Of a stretch of 43,001 nt of DNA, positions 11,491 through 24,659 are shown piece after piece; the first letter of the stretch is position 1; every line of letters begins with the position of its first letter. Position numbers and translations under genes: made by a program. The notes beneath the pieces are model-generated. The model saw only the letters and a program-made list of their open reading frames with translations, made no database searches and was not told where the DNA came from. Origin of the DNA: Octopus bimaculoides (taxonomy: Eukaryota); the NCBI RefSeq assembly GCF_001194135.2, contig NC_068988.1, forward strand, positions 34,107,783 to 34,150,783. The letters run 5' to 3'.

Positions 11491-12864
11491 TGTGTATCTA
11501 ACTATATATATGTATGTATATCTATACATATATCTCTGTATGGATATGCATATGTATATATGCTGCAAATATTTGTTAAGTGACTATTAATCCACAAGTT
11601 TAAACATTCCGCATACATTCTTAAGCTATAAAATAATTTATAATATGGTTGTGTTCACTCGACTGTTTTAATATTCACTTATACACAGAAATATGGATAA
11701 TATGTATATTTACTACTTTATGTATGGATATATGTATAATCGTATTCTAATTTATTAAGGTATTGAGACATTCAGAGAAATGTGTTTGTATGAGTTTATT
11801 TATTCTGTATTTGCTTATGTATGTGTGGGTGTGGGATCGTTTACACACATATCCATATACAGGCATACATAGATTTATATATGTATAGATGTAAGTACAT
11901 ATATGTGTGTGTTTCTGTGTGTGCGTGTGTGTGTGATATTAATGGATTTTTCTCGTAATTTACTCCTTATTAACTATTTTCAAAGAAGATATGAAAATAG
12001 AGCTTTTTTAATTTTATTCTATTATTAAAATTTACTAATTTCATCTTCTATTTATGTATTTGGTTGCTAGCCGTTCGTTTATAGAAGGCTTACTTTAAAT
12101 ACTGTCTCTCTTTATTTTTCTTCTTTTTACTTCATACTGGGTAATAGCTTGGAATTTCGTTTAATTTATGCCTTAATATTTTTTTCTTTCAAGGTAGCTA
12201 CCTTTGAAGTTTAATATCTTTGCTAAATTTTCGTTCGTTTATTTTTCTGAACCTGCCGCATAACACCACGTTGCTTTTAATTTTTTTTTTTTTTTTTTTT
12301 NNNNNNNNNNAATGGTATGCGTAGCCTTGTCTAGTAAACTCTTATATGAAAGGCATTTAATTTCGTTGGTATTTTGTAACTCCTCAACTTTCCTCTCACT
12401 TTCAAATTTCTCTGTTTAAATCCGCAATTTCCTAACTGGTCAACAATCACACAAATCACCGCCGTTACAATATAAATCTCTCAAAATGTATGCATTTGAA
12501 AGACTAGTTGGAGACGGCTTTTGATTCACTGCTTAATTTTCAACCATCTTCAAAAGCCATTGATTTTTATGTATTTTTATTTTCAAAAGGCGGCATCTTT
12601 TGTATGGCGTAGCCATGTTGTGATTTATTTATTCTTGTTTTGTTTTGATCCTCATATAAAATGTCGTTAATTTTTAATACATATTCATTCCTAATTTTAA
12701 AAGTATATATATCAAAAATTGTATCGTTCTAAACTATTATTTCTTTCATAAATCAAATATATTTTAGGTATATACTGTAGCAAGACATTTTCTTGTGAGC
12801 ATTACGCGATATAGAATTGTGAATGTAACAATCTTTTATGAATATTTTAAAGATATATACACAG

Positions 12865-13050
12865 AAGTGGCTACGTAGTAAGAAGCTTTCTTCCCGGTTC
12901 AGTCACACTGCACTGCACTTTTCGCAACTGTCTTTTACTACAGCCTTGAGACTACCAAGGTCTTCTTAGCGAATTTTGTTGACGGAAACTGAAGGAAGAC
13001 CGTCGTGTGTGTGAGAGTGTGTGTGCGTCTTTATTTGTCCCCCACCAACG
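12865..13050 (+). mobile_element. tRNA-derived SINE, 5' half, diverged
   Basis: gtggctacgtagtaagaagctttcttcccggttcagtc...gacggaaactgaaggaagaccgtcg matches the other SINE copies. Confidence 0.78.
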
Positions 13051-13435
13051 TTTTACACATATACATATATATATACATCTTCATCACTTAATTGTTTCGA
13101 ATGAATCTACCCCAATGCATACTGTTAGATGTGTCTACTGATATACATAAAGATACTTAGGCTGTGTTTCGTCTTTGTGTATATATGTATATGTGTATAT
13201 ATGTATATATATATATATATATATATGCGAGNNNNNNNNNNNNNNNNNNNNNNNNNNNNNNNNNNNNNNNNNNNNNNNNNNNNNNNNNNNNNNNNNNNNN
13301 NNNNNNNNNNNNNNNNNNNNNNNNNNNNNNNNNNNNNNNNNNNNNNNNNNNNNNNNNNNNNNNNNNNNNNNNNNNNNNNNNNNNNNNNNNNNNNNNNNNN
13401 NNNNNNNNNNNNNNNNNNNNNNNNNNNNNNNNNNN

Positions 13436-13477
<42 letters not shown>

Positions 13478-13619
13478 GAGAATGAGGGTGTATCGCTATG
13501 CACGTTTTGCATGGTATGTGTGCATGCATAATTGTATATACGTCTTCGAATACTAAAATAACAATAATATGTGAATAAAGACGCATTTATGTTAACAGTC
13601 GGACTGGCGGCTATATACA

Positions 13620-13691
13620 CAGGCAGACAGACAGGCAGACAAACAAACAGACAGACAGACAGACAAGCAGACAGACATACAGACAAACAGG

Positions 13692-13727
<36 letters not shown>

Positions 13728-13742
13728 TAGATAGATAGATAA

Positions 13743-13793
<51 letters not shown>
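13620..13793. repeat. (CAGA)n-(GATA)n tetranucleotide array
   Basis: Direct reading. Confidence 0.95.
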
Positions 13794-14100
13794 TATTAAA
13801 TCAGATCACATAAAATAAAACATGATTCTCTGTTAATACAACTTACAAGTATCGCTACACAAATATTCCAGTTGAAGCATAGATCTCATAAACATATTTT
13901 TCGTCTTAAAGGTTAAGTTTCATAAAATATCACAATATCGTAAATCCATCAAATCTATGGGAGCTGCTAGTTGCAAGCTAAATTCATAAACCAAAAATAG
14001 CTTTAACATATGCGAACATACGTACGAGTTGTAGGCGTATGCGCCGCTTGACCGCTAAATCCACAAGTTCTTTATTCTCTTTCTGTTTATTTTCTCGTAT

Positions 14101-14139
14101 TACTTTCTGATGAAGAGCGTAGGCTTGAAACGTAAAGTA
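14101..14139 (+). ncRNA. Minimal type I hammerhead ribozyme (Penelope-type), slightly decayed
   Basis: tacttt-CTGATGA-A-gagc(gtag)gctt-GAAA-CG-T-A-aagta. Core intact, extra A after A9, stem II closed by G.U, 4-nt palindrome ACGT as stem III, stem I of 5 bp with one bulge. Confidence 0.72.
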
Positions 14140-14167
14140 CTTTCTTACTTTACCGAGCGTCAAACTA

Positions 14168-14221
<54 letters not shown>

Positions 14222-14999
14222 AGAAAGAAAGAGAGAGAGGGAGGAAGAAAATGAAAGGGATACAAAAATGACACATCAGCCGGTAGACATTCTATTGTCT
14301 ATTTATTCTAAAACATAAGGAAGTATTATAAGAATGCATACACATGCAAAGACTATATGTTACACACATATCTACTAGTAATACATGAAATAGTAAAAGA
14401 TCAGTTCCTTACGTTTCTTTCAAGAGGCCACGATATCCTCTATGCTATCTCCATTACTTCAGTGTTCTGTAGAGATGGGTAGATAAAGTTTGGACGATGA
14501 GTTTGCCGCCAGGCCTCATCAGAGGTTATAAATGGTTAGGAGAGCCAATACATACAAGAATCAGTTACCAATAGGTACAGTATATTTTTCTTATTGAAGA
14601 GGTCATAAGAAGAATAGGAGCAAAACTTAGTGTGTGAGAGGAGTACAACTTAGTAAAATAGATTAGATATAGGAAAGGAAAATAAGTAATAGATTCCAGT
14701 GTTGCCTTCCAAGATTCATGTTATTTTGTCCAGTATATTGGATAGGTACTATCCCTTAGTTGGTGGCCTCCCCAATCTCTAACTCTCACAGAGGAGTCGA
14801 TGCTAGATGTGTCGAAACAATTGTTGAGATTAATAATATATTCTCGTATATGCCATCATCTGCCTTTCATTTGCTATATATATATATATATATATATACC
14901 AGAGTAAGCACATAAATGTGAAATAAGGTAGAAAAAAAGCAATAAAATACCATATATATATATATACATTTATATATATTGCTCCCAAATATGGTCCCC

Positions 15000-15552
15000 A
15001 GAGAGTGTGAAACAAACTGTGGAACTCGAAGCAATACACAAAGAAGATTGACTCGATGCAAAAGATGGGCTACCGAGAGAGGCTAAATGAGCTGAGTCTC
15101 TATTCTCTGGAGAGAAGACGAGAGAGATATGCGGTGATATGTATTTGGAAGATCTTGAGGAGTTTAGCTCCCAATTTGGGAATTAACAACTATATCAATC
15201 CTCGAACTGGACGGTTCTACATCATACCAATGGTCCCGTCTACTCCATCTAAAATAAGGACACAGTGCTGCACTAGTCTGGGTTTCAAGGGCACGCAATT
15301 GTTCAACATCCTGCCAGGCAACCTTAGAGATTTACATGGTGTTGATGTGGAAGTTCTCAAGGAACGTCTGGACAGGTTTCTGAGATACCAGATGAACACA
15401 CATCGGGGCAGGAAACACGGAGAAGAGCAGGTCCGTCCAGCTCGCTACTTCATCAAAAGCAATACCGGAAACAACACCGAATAACCACAGGCGGTGCACC
15501 AGCATGATCTCAGCCCTAGGTTAAAACCAGTAAATGATAAAAGATAAAGATA
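15000..15552 (+). mobile_element. CR1/L2-group LINE 3' end (ORF2 C-terminus + short tail)
   Basis: ORF 15056-15484: YRERLNELSLYSLERRRERYAVICIWKIL...SLGFKGTQLFNILP..LRDLHGVDVEVLKERLDRFL is the typical CR1-group post-RT region. It is followed by a gataaaa-type tail. Confidence 0.85.
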
Positions 15553-15836
15553 TATTAGTTTTTAAGTACACAATTCTAAAAACATAATTATAATTAAGGG
15601 CATTGGAATATCAGCACCTATATGCTAGAAGTAGATGTCAAACACCTACAATCCAGTCTAAATTTGTTCCTTTTTTTATAACCCGAGGCCGAATCCGAGG
15701 AAATTAACCAGAAGATAATATAAAATTATATTTTTATAATTATGTACTTAAAAATTAATGTTACTGATATGGTCGTTTGTTGTACACTAGCCACTGATAT
15801 AATTATATTCATGATTATATCCTCAAGTTATAAATG

Positions 15837-15954
<118 letters not shown>

Positions 15955-16010
15955 TCGTATTTCTATTTTGTTTGCAAGATTCTTGACGTGAATTCGTATG
16001 TTGGAAGAAA

Positions 16011-16933
16011 TACTATTGAACCTTGGGAGAGGTATTATGCCGGTAATAATAAACACACGCACTAGTTCGGCCCTTTATTGATATTGTTAGTTAAAGATTT
16101 AATTACTCCGTTCGCCAATTTTTCTATCAGCCGTTTTTTAAACTCGTGTTAAACACTTTGGTCAAACAGGTAATCAGAAATATGCATAGAGAAGTACACA
16201 CGCACACACAAACACAGAGGAACTCACACACCTGAATGCAAACAGATATACCCAAACATACACACACATAAAGACACACTGAAACACAAACACACACTCA
16301 CATACACGCAAACACAGACACACACGCTCGTACACACATGGACACGCGCACGCATACGCATGCTCACGCACAGATAATTTATTCAACATTTAACAAACAA
16401 AGAAGACGGTGTAACTGTCTTTGAGAGAAACGTTACATGGATGAACGTGTGCGTTTGCGAAGAGAACAAAGAGAAAACCAAAACCGCTGTCTTATGTATA
16501 TGAAACATGGCATAGTCAGTATTTAAAACACGCATACGGATGCACACACTTATGTATAAACGCACACGCATGCAGACATACACACACTCATACTCGTCTC
16601 GGACAGATCTCGGACGAATCCCAACACTGGAACATAAGTTCAAAACAAATGGAAGTAGAGAGATGTGTCACTGAAGAGATTGCAATAATGCGATGAAATA
16701 ATTATTTGACAAAAAAAAAAACGAAATCACAGCACTAGCAATTCTGATCATTTGAACGATTAACTGTTTGAACAAAGTTTAACATGTGAGCTTGAAAACC
16801 TAATAACAAAACGTCTGATCAATAAATTGGTTAACAGAGTAACTAGCCTATTAACTAACAATAATAATAAAGGACCGAACCAGTGCGTGTGTTTATTATT
16901 ACCTGCATAAACCCCCTCCCAAAGTTCAATAGC
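16011..16933. mobile_element. Non-autonomous DNA transposon-like element (~920 bp) with long (~160 bp) imperfect TIRs
   Basis: 16011-16094 is a close reverse complement of 16851-16933 (ctattgaaccttgggagagg.attatgccggtaataataaacacacgcactagttcggccctttattgatattgttagttaa). Weaker similarity continues inward to ~16170/16764. No internal transposase ORF. Confidence 0.82.
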
Positions 16934-17997
16934 ACTTTACTTTCCCTACATATATTTTGTTGGCAGAGAAAACTTTTTGGCTTCGGCTGACTCTTTTATT
17001 TATTCATTTATCTGTGTGTTCAATAATGTTCGACCCATGTCGTAAACAGTTATGTACATCCCCTTTTCTCTACTTGAACCAACCTTGCTTTACATTATTC
17101 TACCTGCAACTTAAATTCCATTCACCCTTGTTCTCTAATTACTCCACTTATCCATCAAAAGTGTCTTATGCACTTCACATTACACTCTGCGTGCGCTAAC
17201 TACAATCACCTAAAACTGTTAACCCGTTGCTGCTGTTTTGCTTGTATCATTTTCGCGTCTGTGTCATTCAAGTGCGTGGCTCTTCTTGAACGCAATCTAA
17301 GAATCGAGATTTAAACTTTCGAACCAAACCAAATGCTCACAAATTTTCCTTGTTCATCAGCCACCATTTATCTCTAGGCGTAACCAACATTTACCTCATA
17401 TATCCTGCATGAGCCATCATGTGGAGAGGTCTAGGAATTGCCCCATTCTGTTAATGTTGACCTCTGCACCAACGACCAACTTTTTTTCCTCCTTCACATT
17501 CTATTGATTGGCTTTAACAATGATAGAAAATCATCAGACCGCGATATCTCTTCTAGCTGTAATTGGTTACATTCATGAATGGTTCCGGATGTACAATGGA
17601 CATGCTCTGGTGCAGGGCTTCTTTTCTCCAGAAGTTCATACACCGGAACAGCACAACACTCTCTTTCTCGGTTACTCTGAAGATATTGCATCGGCGATTA
17701 TCGAACGGGGAGAAACTAGACAAAATATTGTTGCTTTGCTTCCCCTTTTGAAGCTAAAAATATCAAAATAAATGTAGGACTTGCATAGAAATATGTCTAA
17801 TGTGTACAAATAATTTTCATGAATAATACAGGCATTTTTACGTAGGAGAAATTTTTAAGTAGGCGAGATGCAAATAAATTAAGACAAAGACATGATATTA
17901 TATTGCCATACGTATGTTGGGATAATAGAGCATCTTGCTTCCATTATATTTCGGAAAATATTTCGTTATCAAATATAAGCAAGAAAATAATTCAAGA

Positions 17998-18068
17998 TGG
18001 TTGTGTAGTAAGAAGCATGCTTTCCAGTCTCATGGTCCTGGGTAAAGTGCCACTGCACGGCACCTTGT
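17998..18068 (+). mobile_element. SINE tRNA-like head fragment
   Basis: tggttgtgtagtaagaagcatgctttcc...ccactgcacggcaccttg matches the SINE head. Confidence 0.7.
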
Positions 18069-18139
18069 TACCTGGATTGAATTGATCGTTACTTTATATG
18101 TATGTATGTATGTATGCATGTATGTATGTATATATATGG

Positions 18140-18211
<72 letters not shown>

Positions 18212-18212
<1 letters not shown>

Positions 18213-18389
18213 CTCTTTATACTTTACTCTTTTACTTGTTTCAGTCATTTGACTGCGGCCATGCTGGAGCACCGCCTTTAGTCGAGCACATCGACCCCAG
18301 GACTTCTTCTTTGTAAGCCTAGTACTTATTCTATCGTTCTCTTTTGCCGAACCGCTAAGTTTCGGTGAGGTAAACACACCAGTATCGGT
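18212..18389 (-). mobile_element. tRNA-derived SINE, 3' half
   Basis: cttttacttgtttcagtcatttgactgcggccatgctggagcaccgcctttagtcgagc...gccgaaccgctaag aligns with the 7861 copy. Confidence 0.88.
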
Positions 18390-18899
18390 ACACACACACA
18401 CACACACTTATATATATATATATAATAGAAATAGGTTTCAAAGATAAAAGACACTACACGTGGTAAATATATGGGGAAATTAAGAAGCAAAAGCGAAAAT
18501 GCACATTGGATATAAAAAATAAGGCTTTTTTATGAAAAGTAATGATAAATATATACAATTAAATGAACTGAGGTAGAATTAAGTGGAATAAAAGTCATTA
18601 TTTTGAATTGGTAAGTCATACCGGTATCGTCAATTGCTGTTCACTGGCATTGAATGCGCAACGGTTACCAAACGGTGTCCCTGAGTAAAAAGATTGTATG
18701 CAAGGGAGGTAAGCAGTTTTGGTGTGGTGCTATTAGAGTAGATATAATACTGTAATTTGAATGATGTATGGAATGTATCGGAATTAGTGGTATTAATGGT
18801 AAGATTAGTAGTGTTTCTTTTTTATTATGTTAAGTGTTCATGTTGTGTTGTGGATGATATTTATTGATGAAGTTGCTTCTTTATTCATTCTTTGCTGAA

Positions 18900-19378
18900 C
18901 TTAGGTGTTCTGTGGACATTGATAGAAAGGGAAAATTTGGGAGTTAGGATTAAGTTTCCTAGCACAACTTTCTATGTGTTCACTGACCTGTAACTGTCTG
19001 TATTGTGGGTAGCGGATTTGGGTCTTAGTTTTAGGTCAGTAGGGGAAGGAACATTATGCATAGGCTTGGAGAGACTTTGCAAGCTTTACAAATATGTGAA
19101 TTTTTCTGCACTTTAGGTAATCCGTAGAAAACACTTGGTCTATATATAAAAATGAATAAATAGTCAATTTCTTTTTTAGTGAGGCCCTATCCATGTACTT
19201 GATGTAATGAGGATAACTTTTTAACTGTCTTCTGTGACTTGTATTTATTATCTTTTCATTATAAATATTGTTTTCCAAAATGGAGAGTATAAATTTTTTA
19301 TAGTACTCAGTGTCCAACACTACTACCACACTTCTTTTATCGGCTTCTTTAATGGTCAGATTTATATCATTTTTTAAA
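18900..19378 (-). mobile_element. Penelope-like element (PLE) RT N-terminal fragment, decayed and internally deleted
   Basis: Minus strand reads SLKNDINLTIKEADKRSVVVVLDTEYYKKFILSIL (PLE IKxADKGxxVVV motif), then PTDLKLRP (~19020-19045) and a KLNPNSQIFP-like post-RT piece (~18930-18960). Confidence 0.72.
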
Positions 19379-20879
19379 CTCGATTAGGTCACCGTCAACT
19401 GACTAAAACTAGTAAAAGAGTAAATAATACTGGAGAAAAAATGACATTATCTGCAAACGATCCTGGTTCGGAGAAAAACAGTCATCGACAGGATATTCAC
19501 AACATACCATAATGCACAAGGGGAGATCTGCAATAGATTAGGTGAACGTTCATACTTAACCATTTCCCGTAAATGACAATAAACATTTAGCTTGATTTTT
19601 GGTATTGCTTGCTTAGAAAAAAATGTTTTTTTCTCTGAACTCTTGGCCTATTTTCTACCTTATATTTCATAATGGGAAGATTTCTCGAAATATAATAGAA
19701 GAATTATACAACCTATATAGTACGATACAATAGCTTGTCGTCATTCCATTTGTTTCGCTTCAATTACATATGTTATATTAAGTTCTCACCTGCATTACAT
19801 AAAGGTCTTCTTACAAATGTATCATTTATATATTGCAATGCTTCAAGCAAATTACAGTACTCTTTTTATATTTTCATAAATGTTCAGAAGATTAATGATT
19901 TTTGCCACACCGATTCTCATTACAAATATTACAGGAAAGCACAAACATTTTCAAGTGATGTCACTTTGAGTTCATGACTTCTGAATCTCACCCATTTCGT
20001 TCTCCAATATCTCCTACTAAATGCATAATAACCTCAAGCTTCTTCTTCGTTATTTAGTAGGAATTGGCACAGTGAGTACGTTATACAAACAGTTCATTTG
20101 GTTAGTTTTGTACGTTTACCTGTTTACTACTGGATTCACTAGTAGGGTTGGTATCATTCTCTCAGCAAATTTATTTCCTTTCGACCTTTACACTCGGTAG
20201 AATGCTCCTGCAATATTACGATTTCATAAAATCAGAAAACAGGCTACCATAATAAAATCAAACTTAAGAATAACTCTCAAGTATTGGTTACTTAATAGTG
20301 AATTGTATTTTATTTTCCTGTCTTCAGACATATGTACAAGTTTGATGTGACACATGTGAACTCTTGGCCTCTCAGAAATCAAGTATTCTTTAAACGCATT
20401 TCAGCAGATCATTTTATTGTATATTTACCTGTCTCTAGATTATAAAATATAAATCACACATCACTGTCCATTGAAAGAACCATCATACTTGACCTTCATG
20501 AATAGCTGATGACAACATATTGTGATTTTCCTTAAAATACTTTTCCATCCTCTATAGATGTTGACATTAAATATTGATTTCGGTTTGCGAAGAAAACAGT
20601 AAACTTGCACAGGGTATATTTTAGAGGATATAGTCTCGTTAATCAATGCAAGTCTCTTATCATATTGCTCATACTTATTTTATTGATTTTTAGAAGAAAA
20701 CGTTGTTTTCTCTTGAACTTAGAAACGTGGGTGACGGAACTACAGCATTATCAATAATTTGGCTCTGGTTTTTACTCTCAGTAATTAGAATACTTAAGAT
20801 TTGTTCAAAACCGGCGGGCATTGGTAAGATGACAGAAGTAGCAGAACGCCAGATTGATTTGCTTTGCAATGAATGATAA

Positions 20880-20940
20880 TTCTTATCTAATTTTGGAGAG
20901 ATGAAAGGTAAAGTGGATCTTGGAAAGATCCGAGGATTTA
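20880..20940 (-). mobile_element. Possible MetaSINE-type central-domain fragment
   Basis: gagatgaaaggtaaagtggatcttgg resembles the recalled Meta-domain motif gatgaaaggcaaagtcgacctcgg. Short and diverged. Confidence 0.35.
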
Positions 20941-22393
20941 GCCAAAGAGAAGAAAAAAGACTTAACCTAAGCTATAAGTTAAATGTTCTTACTTTATTCT
21001 GTCAACCATTACTTTTGCAATGATAAATAGGCTGGTGATTTATACTACATTTACTTCGTTTTACTTCCCAACCCCTGCTTCAACTGAATCATTTTCGCCA
21101 TTTTGAATTTAGATTTACCACATTCACAAACCTTAAAAGTTGTGAGAGTTATAGACATCGATGAAGTTGACTTAACTACTTAACAACTATATATTCAAAC
21201 TACTCTGCAAGGCTGAATACTCCGCGACATTTGAACTTTTGTTAATTAGTATATCACTATTCGCAGACAATAAACCATGTGAGCAAAAGCATTTTAGTAT
21301 ATATTTTGTTTCTCTATATTTCTGTCTCAAATCCCAGATATCATCCTAGTCTTTCTGTTTTGGGGTTTTTGTTACTTGGGATTCAATACAATAAGCATCA
21401 GAGATAAATTCATTGATATCTATTTAATATCACATACTCACAACACAATAGAAGTTGATCAAGTTGTACTAAGTAAAATATATCCATGGTCATTCATACC
21501 TTACGAAAGGATAACAATAGAGCTCTAAACAGCTTTATGTATTGGTAGGATTGTGCATCTTTAACAAACTTTGAAAGAGACTCTGCATTGCAAATTTCGA
21601 TCATTACCCAATAATGGATTATTGCATTTTATTCACCCCTGAAGATCTATTCATAGTTTACCAAGCCAAGTTTTTTTTTAATTAAACCAGAAAACAATAT
21701 ATATATATATATATATANNNNNNNNNNNNNNNNNNNNNNNNNNNNNNNNNNNNNNNNNNNNNNNNNNNNNNNNNNNNNNNNNNNNNNNNNNNNNNNNNNN
21801 NNNNNNNNNNNNNNNNNNNNNNNNNNNNNNNNNNNNNNNNNNNNNNNNNNNNNNNNNNNNNNNNNNNNNNNNNNNNNNNNNNNNNNNNNNNNNNNNNNNN
21901 NNNNNNNNNNNNNNNNNNNNNNNNNNNNNNNNNNNNNNNNNNNNNNNNNNNNNNNNNNNNNNNNNNNNNNNNNNNNNNNNNNNNNNNNNNNNNNNNNNNN
22001 NNNNNNNNNNNNNNNNNNNNNNNNNNNNNNNNNNNNNNNNNNNNNNNNNNNNNNNNNNNNNNNNNNNNNNNNNNNNNNNNNNNNNNNNNNNNNNNNNNNN
22101 NNNNNNNNNNNNNNNNNNNNNNNNNNNNNNNNNNNNNNNNNNNNNNNNNNNNNNNNNNNNNNNNNNNNNNNNNNNNNNNNNNNNNNNNNNNNNNNNNNNN
22201 NNNNNNNNNNNNNNNNNNNNNNNNNNNNNNNNNNNNNNNNNNNNNNNNNNNNNNNNNNNNNNNNNNNNNNNNNNNNNNNNNNNNNNNNNNNNNNNNNNNN
22301 NNNNNNNNNNNNNNNNNNNNNNNNNNNNNNNNNNNNNNNNNNNNNNNNNNNNNNNNNNNNNNNNNNNNNNNNNNNNNNNNNNNNNNNNNNNNN

Positions 22394-22429
<36 letters not shown>

Positions 22430-23532
22430 AGTCTTGCTGAATCCGCCTTTAAATAATATCCTAGGAACATATGTATATATTCAAACATCCACTTAGACGC
22501 CTCAACACTTCATGGTCCAAATATATATGGAATTTAAAAGATGATATAACGAGCACGACTGAAATACTTGGTTCATTTTAGTATGATCCTACGTTTGTAT
22601 TCATGGTTCTTGAAGAAGTAAACCTTGGTTTTTTGAAATACTATACATACTCTTACATCATTTTGAACAGTAAAATAACATATTGCAAGAAGTGAGTTCT
22701 TGCCTACATTTCCATCGGGGTTTTCATGATTTTTAAAATAATGTGTAATACTTTCAATAATTTTTGATAATAATTTCATAACTATTAAGGAACGTACGAC
22801 TACTAATTAACTTAATAGCTTATTTTCTTAAAATATTCGTATTCCAGTTTTCATGCTATATATATAGTTATTGGATTTTCCATGAGCATGTACCTGAATA
22901 ACCAACTTCATTGCGTGTGCGTAGATTACACCTATGATACTGATGACAATGAAATATTATGTGCACTTGCCTGTACATAAATGGATGTCACGTGTTCTGA
23001 ATATGACAACTAAAAGAATAAATGTGAAGCAACGTTTCAAGTGAAGAAATCTCTTCGGTATTTTGCGAATATTTTTATTTACACTTTATAACAATGCATG
23101 TCTCTTCAGTCGTTTGAGTAATTGACAACGTGAAATAACAGATTCAGCAATCTTTGGTTTCTAATAAAATACACATATATGTGTACGCTTTTGTGTGAAT
23201 GTGTATGTGTTTGTGTGAATGTATATTCATTTAACTTTTCCTTTGTAGAAAAAAAAAGATTATATTGTTGCTTATGATTTTTATTTTGTCTTTTTCTATA
23301 ATTTATCTTACAATTCGCGTGCATTACTCCATTTTATCATTATATAGACTCTATTACTCACTATATTTTATTTATATTTTCATTGTTATTATCATTATTT
23401 TCAGTGACGAATATTTCCCAGCAGTATTTCATGTATTTCATTCCAGTTCAACTTAAGTTTGTTCTATTATACTTGTTGTTATACTTGTTCTTTTTTAGTT
23501 CATTCTCAGGTTGCGAAATTTAGGAAAAAAGC

Positions 23533-23533
23533 A

Positions 23534-23600
<67 letters not shown>

Positions 23601-23916
23601 CCCGGGGGCTGGTATGCAGACGACTTATATAATTATCTGGTATTTAGCTGCTCCTCAAATTCAATTACTTGACTTGCCTACAAGCGTTGAACTATACACC
23701 CGGTTAAACATGATGTTATATATATATGTATATATATGTACGAAGGTATGTATGTATGGCATCACACTACCTTACTCGTACACTCTATAAGTGTTATATC
23801 TTTGCTAAGTATAATAATTGGAGGTCACCATGAAGTTAATGTAAGAAGACAGAAAATATAGAAAAGTTGAGACATAATAAAGAAAATCTCAATATTAAAA
23901 AATAAAAAAGTAAATG

Positions 23917-23973
<57 letters not shown>

Positions 23974-24013
23974 TATATATATATATATTAATATATATAT
24001 ATGTGTGTGTGTA

Positions 24014-24059
<46 letters not shown>

Positions 24060-24182
24060 TAGTGGGAGAGAGATGATAGATAGACAGATAGATAGATATT
24101 TAGATATGTATATACGTACAGATGTTGTTATAGGTAAGTGTATGTATGCATGTATATATATATATGTATGTGTGTATATATA

Positions 24183-24240
<58 letters not shown>
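23533..24240. repeat. Cluster of (TA)n, (GA)n, (GATA)n and (TG)n microsatellites
   Basis: Direct reading; interspersed with AT-rich spacer. Confidence 0.9.
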
Positions 24241-24659
24241 NNNNNNNNNNNNNNNNNNNNNNNNNNNNNNNNNNNNNNNNNNNNNNNNNNNNNNNNNNNN
24301 NNNNNNNNNNNNNNNNNNNNNNNNNNNNNNNNNNNNNNNNNNNNNNNNNNNNNNNNNNNNNNNNNNNNNNNNNNNNNNNNNNNNNNNNNNNNNNNNNNNN
24401 NNNNNNNNNNNNNNNNNNNNNNNNNNNNNNNNNNNNNNNNNNNNNNNNNNNNNNNNNNNNNNNNNNNNNNNNNNNNNNNNNNNNNNNNNNNNNNNNNNNN
24501 NNNNNNNNNNNNNNNNNNNNNNNNNNNNNNNNNNNNNNNNNNNNNNNNNNNNNNNNNNNNNNNNNNNNNNNNNNNNNNNNNNNNNNNNNNNNNNCATTAA
24601 AATATTCAGCTCCAACATCTTTCCAGATACTCCGTAAATTTAGTGATCAAAGTTTAGTG

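Noticed and set aside
13080-13140. Minus-strand GAAACAATT with a gacacatcta/tagat stem, hammerhead-like
   Set aside because: No CUGANGA core; too degraded to call.
19440-19580. VIDRIFTTYH resembling the piggyBac DNxFTS motif
   Set aside because: Flanked by stops, with no other transposase motif or TTAA/TIR.
19935-20210. Candidate exons bounded by AG/GT on both strands (19935-20071 plus; ~20120-20207 minus)
   Set aside because: All three frames contain stops in each case.
22573-22779. ORFs on both strands (minus 68 aa; plus AG..GT 22582-22691)
   Set aside because: No recognisable homology or motif; short ORFs of this size are expected by chance.
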